The notes under the pieces were generated by a model. The model worked only from the letters and a program-made list of their open reading frames with translations, made no database searches and was not told the origin of the DNA. Of a stretch of DNA of 33,553 nt, positions 28,040 through 33,553 are shown piece after piece; the first letter of the stretch is position 1, and each line of letters begins with the position of its first letter. Source of the stretch: an uncultured Solibacteraceae bacterium. GTDB lineage: Bacteria > Acidobacteriota > Terriglobia > Bryobacterales > Bryobacteraceae. The position numbers and the translations under genes were made by a program. Where the stretch lies: NCBI GenBank assembly GCA_964608645.1, contig CAZSQK010000092.1, positions 1 to 33,553 of the forward strand. Reading direction: 5' to 3'.

Positions 28040-28114
28040 AGACAGGATACCCCACATAATTGTGGTGGTCAAGTAAAAAGTGTGTGGATAAGCTGTGGAA
28101 ATACCTGTGGATAT
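28040..28114. promoter_or_regulatory. Cluster of DnaA-box-like motifs (three direct TGTGGAWAW repeats at 11-12 bp spacing plus a CCACA-TAAT-TGTGG palindrome)
   Basis: TGTGGATAA at 28083..28091, the exact complement of consensus TTATCCACA. TGTGGAAAT at 28094..28102. TGTGGATAT at 28106..28114. Palindrome CCACATAATTGTGG at ~28052..28065. Lies in the 195-bp intergenic gap between the DHS-like gene stop and the tRNA-like gene. Confidence 0.35.
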
Positions 28115-28122
28115 TGCGGTGC

Positions 28123-29385
28123 TCATTTGACGGCCAGCGGATAGCGCAAACTCGCCTCCAGCCAATCGCGGTTGGCGCGGACGGCCTCGGTCAGTTTCGC
28201 GGTCAGCGCCTCGCGCGACTCGAAGAGGCGGTAGCCGGCGCGGTCCCGCAGGTAGCCGAGCGCCCTCGGCTCGCGGGCGAAGACCTCTTCCTCGCCCTCG
28301 ACGGCGACCATGTCCGCGTACCGCCGCCGATTGTCCAGCAGCGCCTTGACGAGGAACGGCATCACCAGCGAATAATCGGCCTGCATGCTCTCCGTGGTTT
28401 GCAGGTACGTGTCCTTATCGACCTTGCCCCAGGTGACGGCCTCGGCCGGAGGGCACGACGACAGCGACCCGTCGGTCACCGGCGCGGTCACGATCTGCAC
28501 GTCGAAATGATACCCGCGCACGTCCGGCAGGCCGAGCACCTGCCCCAACGCGGGCTCCGGTTGCAGATTGTAATTCTTGGGCACGCCGCCGCCGAGAATC
28601 ACGGTCGCGAGCGCGTGCGCATGGTGATCGAACAACCCCCAGCGATGATACGCGCAGGCCTCGAAGACTTCGGCGTGGAGATCGAGATCGAAGCCGTAGG
28701 CGTCGATCAGCCCCGCCTGCTTCATGGCCCATAGTTTCATCGAATTGAGAAAGACGCTGCCATCGCCGGGGGCGCCTACGAAGATCGGAATGGCGCGCCG
28801 CCAGCAGGTGGCGAGCAGCCCCGGTTCGATTCCGTTGTGCTCTTCCTGCGCGCTGTAGAACTTCCCGAGCAGGTAGCGCATTTCCGTGCCGGTCATCTTG
28901 CGCTGAAATTCGGGGCGCGCCAGGACCGCGCTGACGAAGCGGTCCTGGTCGAGCAGAACGCCTTCATCGAACGCCATGTCGGTGACCCGGATGGTGCCTT
29001 CGTCGCGCAAGGCGGCGTCGTCGCTGTTGATCGAGACCTCGTGGATCGGACCGGAGCGATAGGCGTCGAGGCTGCGGTGGCCATCGTGGTAGCAGACGGC
29101 GTCGGTGGTGCTGAGATAGGCCACCCAGCCGGTATCGAGCAGGGGAATCAACCATGCCTGATGCTGCCCGGACACCGTGACCGGCCCCGATACGGACAGA
29201 GTCAGGGGGCAGCCCATCCCGATGGCGCGGTCGAGGATCTGGTAAATGCGCCGCAGATAAGCGCCGCCGAAGGCGGGCAGGCAATGATTGAACAGGTCGC
29301 CCAACGTGACGCACTCATCCACGCGGCGAACGCGAACCGTGCGGCGCGGACCGGCGCCGTTCGAGGGGGTTTCAATCGACATCAT
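28123..29385 (-). CDS. Deoxyhypusine synthase (DHS) family protein (bacterial DHS-like/homospermidine-synthase-like)
   Basis: 420 aa from MMSIETPS; the ORF extends 20 codons further 5'. Motif CPPAEAVTWGKVDKD matches the DHS active-site lysine context (EAVSWGKI in eukaryotic DHS, as I recall). GGGVPKNY NAD-binding-like motif. Overall length is typical of the family. Confidence 0.75.
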   Translation of the reverse strand: MMSIETPSNGAGPRRTVRVRRVDECVTLGDLFNHCLPAFGGAYLRRIYQILDRAIGMGCPLTLSVSGPVTVSGQHQAWLIPLLDTGWVAYLSTTDAVCYHDGHRSLDAYRSGPIHEVSINSDDAALRDEGTIRVTDMAFDEGVLLDQDRFVSAVLARPEFQRKMTGTEMRYLLGKFYSAQEEHNGIEPGLLATCWRRAIPIFVGAPGDGSVFLNSMKLWAMKQAGLIDAYGFDLDLHAEVFEACAYHRWGLFDHHAHALATVILGGGVPKNYNLQPEPALGQVLGLPDVRGYHFDVQIVTAPVTDGSLSSCPPAEAVTWGKVDKDTYLQTTESMQADYSLVMPFLVKALLDNRRRYADMVAVEGEEEVFAREPRALGYLRDRAGYRLFESREALTAKLTEAVRANRDWLEASLRYPLAVK

Positions 29386-29516
29386 TTTGACGATAACAGA
29401 GGACTCGGCATGCACCTCCGCCGGGAATTGCGACAGACCGCACATCGGGAAATATCCCGAAGCGGATCGGCCGCGAGAGAGGAATATACTCGGGAAAAAC
29501 CTAGGAGGGTTTACAC

Positions 29517-30779
29517 ATGTTCCAACTCCGAGCCGGTTCCGCGCCGGTTCTTCTCATGATGATTCTCGCCGCTCCCGCGGGGGCGGCCAGCCTGTGCGTG
29601 AACCCGGCGGGCACGGGGAATTGTGCCAAGACCATCGGAGCCGCCGTGGCTGCCGCGGCGCCGGGCGATAATATTGCGGTGGCTGCGGGCACGTACCGCG
29701 AAACGGTCACCATCGGCAAACCGCTGACGATTTCCGGCGAGCCCGGCCAGACCATCATCGACGCCACGGGACTGCCGGTCGGCATTTACATCGATGGCAT
29801 CGGGAACCCGAATCTGAGCGGTGTCATCGTGGCCAACCTCACGGTCGTCAACGCCAAATTCGAAGGAATTCTGGCGACCAACGCTTCGGAGATCACGATC
29901 AGCGCCAGCACGCTGACGGGCAATAACAAGGCCCTGACGTTTGCTCCGAACGCGCCGCCATCCTGTCCGGGTATCCCGGCATTTGAAACCGGCGAGGATT
30001 TCGATTGCGGAGAAGCGATTCACTTCTCGGGCGTCCACCACTCCCGCATCATCGGCAATACGGTCAAAAATAACGCCGGCGGCATTCTGCTCTCGGACGA
30101 CACCGGCGCCACCTACGATGTTCTGATCGCCGACAACTCGGTAGTCGACAATCAGTTCGACTGCGGCATCACCTTGGCTTCGCATCCGCCCGCCGCGTTG
30201 ACGGGTTCGAAAGTTCCGCTGGGCGTGTATTCGAACACCGTAATCGACAATGAAGCGTCGCGCAACGGACTGAAGGGCGAAGGCGCCGGAGTGGGCATCT
30301 TCGCGTCCGGTCCCGGCGGCAAGGCATACGGGAATTTGGTCTACGACAATAAGCTCATCGGCAATGACCTGCCGGGCATCACCGTGCACGGTCATACGCC
30401 GGACCAGAACCTGGACGGCAACATCTTCATCGACAACCAGATCAGCGGCAACGGTCCGGACGTCGATGAAGCGGCCACGCCCGGTTCCGCCGGCATCGCC
30501 ATTACCAGCGTCGCACCGGTCGCCGGCACGGTCATCGCCCAGAACACGATTGATCGCGAGTCGATCGGAGTGGCATGGAATGCGCCGGGCAACGCGAGTG
30601 TCCACCACAACAGTTTCTCGGGCGCCTATGGCGTCTTCAATCTCGGGCCGGGAACCATGAACGCGGACAGCAACTGGTGGGGATGCCCCGGCGGGCCGGT
30701 CGGCCTGAACGCGTGCGCCCGCATCGGCGGGTCCGTCACCGTTACGAACTGGGCCACGAAGCCTTTTGGATCGAACTGA
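29517..30779 (+). CDS. Secreted right-handed parallel beta-helix repeat protein (pectate-lyase-fold/NosD-like)
   Basis: 420 aa. Signal peptide. Repeated beta-helix rungs of the form (I/V)xGNx(I/V)xxN (IIGNTVKNNAGGILL, IADNSVVDNQFDCGITL, VIDNEASRNGLKG, VYDNKLIGNDLPGITV, FIDNQISGNG, VHHNSFSGAYG). No catalytic assignment possible. Confidence 0.75.
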   Translation: MFQLRAGSAPVLLMMILAAPAGAASLCVNPAGTGNCAKTIGAAVAAAAPGDNIAVAAGTYRETVTIGKPLTISGEPGQTIIDATGLPVGIYIDGIGNPNLSGVIVANLTVVNAKFEGILATNASEITISASTLTGNNKALTFAPNAPPSCPGIPAFETGEDFDCGEAIHFSGVHHSRIIGNTVKNNAGGILLSDDTGATYDVLIADNSVVDNQFDCGITLASHPPAALTGSKVPLGVYSNTVIDNEASRNGLKGEGAGVGIFASGPGGKAYGNLVYDNKLIGNDLPGITVHGHTPDQNLDGNIFIDNQISGNGPDVDEAATPGSAGIAITSVAPVAGTVIAQNTIDRESIGVAWNAPGNASVHHNSFSGAYGVFNLGPGTMNADSNWWGCPGGPVGLNACARIGGSVTVTNWATKPFGSN

Positions 30780-30790
30780 GTCCACCGAGA

Positions 30791-31222
30791 ATGGCGCGGC
30801 GCTGCGGAGTATTCGGAGTGGATCGCGTGGTCGTTCACAAGGGACGCCGCGAAATGCTGCTGCTGGCGGGCGAATCCGTGGTGCGCTCGTACCGCGTGGC
30901 GCTGGGCCGGGATCCAACGGGTCACAAGGAGCGGGAAGGGGACGGACGGACGCCGGAGGGGCGGTATACGATCGACGGGCGCAACCCGAAGAGCAAATAC
31001 CATCTGGCGCTGCACGTCTCCTATCCCAATGCCGTGGATGTGGAACGTGCCCGGGCCTCAGGCGACGACCCCGGCGGCGATATCATGATTCACGGGTTGA
31101 AGCCCGGAGCCGCCCATCCGGAATCGGACTGGACGCAGGGATGTATCGCGGTGACCGACGCCGAGATGGATGAGATCTGGGAACTCGTGGCGGATGGCAC
31201 GCCCGTGGAGATCCATCCGTAG
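30791..31222 (+). CDS. L,D-transpeptidase catalytic domain protein (YkuD/ErfK family)
   Basis: 143 aa. YkuD active-site pattern IMIHG…SDWTQGCIAV (His/Gly…Ser-x-Gly-Cys). No signal peptide from this ATG, so the start may be further upstream. Begins 12 nt after the beta-helix gene. Confidence 0.7.
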   Translation: MARRCGVFGVDRVVVHKGRREMLLLAGESVVRSYRVALGRDPTGHKEREGDGRTPEGRYTIDGRNPKSKYHLALHVSYPNAVDVERARASGDDPGGDIMIHGLKPGAAHPESDWTQGCIAVTDAEMDEIWELVADGTPVEIHP

Positions 31223-31243
31223 CCGGCATGGTATAACCGACCC

Positions 31244-32446
31244 ATGCGGAAAGCGATTGTCGCCTTAGCCTTGGCCGCGGCGGTGTGCGCGGCGGAGAGC
31301 CGCCCGAAAGTGCGCGCAGTCACCGCCTTCATTTCCGTCGACGCCCAAAACTACGAAGCGCAGTATGCCGATACGATGCGCTTTCTGAACGGGGCCGCCG
31401 ATGCGTACCGCACCGCCGGCTTCGAGGTCGAGGGCGTGCGCATTGCGACGCAACCGTTCCCGCAGTACATCCGCGGGATGAAGGCGGCCGACGCCGTGCG
31501 GTTGCTACAGAAGATCGACGAGCTCTCGAACAAGCTGAAGTTCCGGCCGAATATCGGGGCGGCCATGGTCAACGACACTGACGACACGGCGGCGCTGGAA
31601 GTCCTGACGAAAGCGCTCTCCACGACCGGGCTGAACGCGAGCCTGGTCATCGCCGACGAGGACGGGATCCACTGGCGGGCGATCCGCGAGACCGCCAAGC
31701 TCATCCGGAACGTCGCCGCGCAAAGCCCGCACGGCCGCGGCAACCTGAATTTCGCGGCGACGGCGATGGTCAAGCCGTACGGTCCGTTTTATCCGGGGGC
31801 GTGGCACGCGGGCGGCGGACGGACCTTCGCCGTGGGACTGGAGAGCGCCAACGTGGTGACCGAGATCTTCGCGCAGAATCAGGATCCGCGCGCCGCCGAA
31901 AAGCTGCTGGCGGCGGCGCTGTCGCGGTATGGGAAAGAGGCGGAGGCGGTGGCCACCCAACTGGCGGCGAAAAGCGGCTGGACGTATGCGGGCATCGACC
32001 CGACCCCCGCGCCGCTGGGCGACGTGTCGATCGGACGCGCCATCGAAAACTTTATCGGAGCGCCTTTCGGGTCGAGCGGCACGATGACGGCGGCGAGCAT
32101 CATCACGCGCGCCGTGAAATCGGTTCCCGTGAAGCAGACCGGCTATTCCGGGCTGATGGTTCCGATCCTCGAGGACAACGTGCTGGCGAAACGCTGGGCG
32201 GAAGGGACGTACAACATCGATTCGCTGCTAGCATACTCCGCGGTGTGCGCGGGCGGGCTCGACACCATCCCCTTGCGCGGGGATGTGAGCGAGGACCAGA
32301 TCGCGAAGATCCTCCTGGATGTGGCGTCACTGGCGTTCAAATGGCAGAAGCCGCTCGCCGCGAGGCTGCTGCCCGTGCCCGGCGGAAAGGCGGGGGACCG
32401 GACCGACTTCGGGGGCCCGCGCATGACGAATACAGTCATTCGCTAG
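31244..32446 (+). CDS. DUF711/UPF0210-like family protein (assignment from memory, moderate)
   Basis: 400 aa. N-terminal VRAVTAFISV…PFPQYIRG and Gly-rich internal blocks (GPFYPGAWHAGGGRTFAVGLES, GYSGLMVPILEDN) resemble the UPF0210 family. The N-terminus also looks signal-peptide-like (MRKAIVALALAAAVCAAES). Confidence 0.5.
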   Translation: MRKAIVALALAAAVCAAESRPKVRAVTAFISVDAQNYEAQYADTMRFLNGAADAYRTAGFEVEGVRIATQPFPQYIRGMKAADAVRLLQKIDELSNKLKFRPNIGAAMVNDTDDTAALEVLTKALSTTGLNASLVIADEDGIHWRAIRETAKLIRNVAAQSPHGRGNLNFAATAMVKPYGPFYPGAWHAGGGRTFAVGLESANVVTEIFAQNQDPRAAEKLLAAALSRYGKEAEAVATQLAAKSGWTYAGIDPTPAPLGDVSIGRAIENFIGAPFGSSGTMTAASIITRAVKSVPVKQTGYSGLMVPILEDNVLAKRWAEGTYNIDSLLAYSAVCAGGLDTIPLRGDVSEDQIAKILLDVASLAFKWQKPLAARLLPVPGGKAGDRTDFGGPRMTNTVIR

Positions 32447-32763
32447 CCTGGCGCTCATTCCGTTCTGCCCAGTAGAGGTCACAGCGTGATTCAATGGGTC
32501 CAACTTACTCCCAGTCCCCTGTCCACCCCGTCCGGAGCAAACCGACAAAGCGCTCGCCCTCATTCGTCGCCTCCACCGCGGTTGATCGCGAGCTTTTCCA
32601 TCGGTTCCATCAGGTCTCCCTAATTGCTAAGGGAATCTTGGAAGCCGATTCGGGACGCCGTTATGGGAAAAGTTGGCGCGCACTTTCCCTTCAGCGGAGC
32701 GGCGCGGATTCAATGACTTTGAGGCTACAGATTGGGACGCCGTCGCACCCGGTGGAGCGGCGC

Positions 32764-32779
32764 CCGGCATATGCCGGGC
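32764..32779. promoter_or_regulatory. Perfect 16-bp palindrome CCCGGCATATGCCGGG (candidate operator)
   Basis: Read directly from the sequence. Self-complementary over all 16 nt. Located in the non-coding, lower-GC terminal region ~80 bp upstream of the repeat module. Confidence 0.25.
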
Positions 32780-32858
32780 AGGCCTGCAATTTTGCCCGGC
32801 GTCGCAATGTGCTCAGGGCCCAGTGGTCGAAACGCGAGCATCATGCGCGGCAATCTCT

Positions 32859-33210
32859 TTATGTTCCACTACCGGTTTCGACTGCCCTCGAATGGTCGAG
32901 GACGGCCGCCGAATCGGAAACATTCTGGAAACTTCTTGTAAACCTTGCAGCGTACGCTCCGGAAGTGGAAACTTTCTGGAAACTTCTTGGAAACCTTTCC
33001 CGTCCTGGTCGCCCTGCCATACAAATGGTAGACACACGCTCGATCTTGTCTGCCGGCCTAAGGCAATGGCACTGCGACAGAAAAGCGCCAATGTCTGTAA
33101 CCGTGCGTCAGACATTTCCTTTATGTTCCACCACCCGGATTTCGCTGCCGTTGGATGAGTCTGCCGGATTCCCTGATTGAAACGTTTTGAAACTTCCTGA
33201 AAAATTCGCC
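32859..33210 (+). repeat. Duplicated ~90-bp module: copy A 32859..32946 plus a second heptad array 32966..32996; copy B 33119..33210
   Basis: Both copies start with CTTTATGTTCCACYACC(C)GG. After ~35 bp they contain GGAAAC-type arrays: A is ggaaacattctggaaacttcttgtaaacctt, B is gaaacgttttgaaacttcctgaaaaattc. Segment 32966..32996 (ggaaactttctggaaacttcttggaaacctt) has three TGGAAAC heptads phased at exactly 11 bp. Local GC is ~40-55% versus ~65% elsewhere. Confidence 0.6.
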
Positions 33211-33553
33211 TCGTTAGAGAAATCTGTGGGTTGCTGATACGGTCCAATGGTGCCGGGAATCCCGGCTCGCGTAGCCGAGGTCGTTTTTTCGGATCCAGTT
33301 GCCTCTCGAACCAGTTTGACTTCCCCGGCAAACGCTACGCCGTCAGGGACGGTCTGGCCGGCGGCGACCACTTCCCATCGTCGGATGCCTTGCGGCCAAG
33401 CAACCAAGCGAAACCGTCTCGCAAAAAGGCATCGGAATTCCCCTCTCCGAACGCCGCTTTCGGGCAAACTGCGGATTCCTGACGAGAAGCACTCCTAGAC
33501 TACTTCTCAGCGCAAAATTCGCTTTTCGGCCGTGATCTGACCACCCAGCCGCA

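Noticed and set aside
27855-28122. tRNA-associated integrative element / prophage attachment site
   Set aside because: No integrase, excisionase, phage or conjugation genes on either side. Flanking genes are SPFH and DHS-like with genome-typical GC. The only oddity is the degenerate tRNA itself and the DnaA-box cluster.
27930-28122. Calling this intergenic region the chromosomal origin (oriC)
   Set aside because: There are only three to four boxes in ~75 bp and no clear AT-rich 13-mer unwinding element. No dnaA/dnaN/gyrB is nearby and skew cannot be computed here. It is kept as a DnaA-box cluster finding, not as an origin call.
29386-29445. 20-codon 5' extension of the DHS-like ORF (MCGLSQFPAEVHAESSVIVK)
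   Set aside because: No ribosome-binding site for either start. The internal MM start gives an N-terminus that aligns with where DHS-family proteins begin. Start left uncertain; this does not affect the call.
32916-32996. Possible CRISPR array (short direct repeats with a spacer)
   Set aside because: There are only two close copies plus one distant degenerate copy. The repeats are imperfect, spacing is uneven (50 and 214 bp), the copies are internally tandem (11-bp heptads), and no cas genes are present.
32494-33331. ORFs 32494..33180(+), 32673..33158(+, Cys-rich), 32813..33331(-) in the terminal region
   Set aside because: GC is far below the coding average for this genome. The apparent peptide repeats are produced by the DNA direct repeats. 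There are no signal or TM segments, no motif, and three mutually overlapping frames. More consistent with non-coding regulatory DNA.

Overview
This is a high-GC (~65%) bacterial chromosomal window. The gene content suggests Acidobacteriota: there are two very large TonB-dependent outer-membrane receptors of the acidobacterial type (N-terminal carboxypeptidase-regulatory-like domain, C-terminal aromatic residue), and a stand-alone copy of that domain. I infer this; I could not run a search.

Most of the window is ordinary, densely packed, well-supported coding sequence:
- A sulfatase translationally coupled to a TonB receptor.
- A secreted M1 aminopeptidase and a ThuA-like protein.
- A complete aa3/caa3-type cytochrome c oxidase operon on the minus strand, whose genes in order are: dihaem cytochrome c, subunit II, subunit I, a subunit-III-like paralogue, subunit III, subunit IV and a coupled small CxxC membrane protein. 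Glycerophosphodiester phosphodiesterase and a 984-aa orphan protein follow on the same strand.
- A second TonB receptor, a CDF transporter abutting pyruvate dehydrogenase E1 (aceE), an SPFH/band-7 protein with a lipoprotein, a deoxyhypusine-synthase-like protein, a secreted parallel beta-helix protein, an L,D-transpeptidase and a DUF711-like protein.

Features that are not ordinary:
1. A 984-aa cytosolic orphan protein (8558..11512, minus strand). Its N-terminal ~290 residues are a Gly/Ala/Ser-rich run of alternating amphipathic beta-strands and the rest is helical. It has no recognisable catalytic motif or P-loop.
2. A LysW-family zinc-ribbon amino-group-carrier-like gene sits alone. It has a hyper-acidic tail ending ...EDWK rather than the canonical C-terminal Glu, and no LysX/Z/Y partners are in the window.
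3. A 73-nt tRNA-like gene has good D-, T- and acceptor arms but a non-canonical anticodon arm (no U33; anticodon GAU by position). It is possibly a decaying tRNA.
4. A cluster of three to four direct DnaA-box-like motifs lies about 150-190 bp upstream of that tRNA. The first, TGTGGATAA, is the exact complement of the consensus TTATCCACA. The boxes sit at 11-12 bp spacing next to a CCACA-TAAT-TGTGG palindrome.
5. The last ~1.1 kb is lower-GC with no convincing ORF. It contains a duplicated ~90-bp module and 11-bp-phased TGGAAAC heptad arrays, which look like response-regulator or ECF-sigma-type regulatory DNA, plus a perfect 16-bp palindrome.

I found no CRISPR array, integrase, transposase or rRNA. 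All family assignments are from motifs read by eye. No database search, GC calculation or folding was run.
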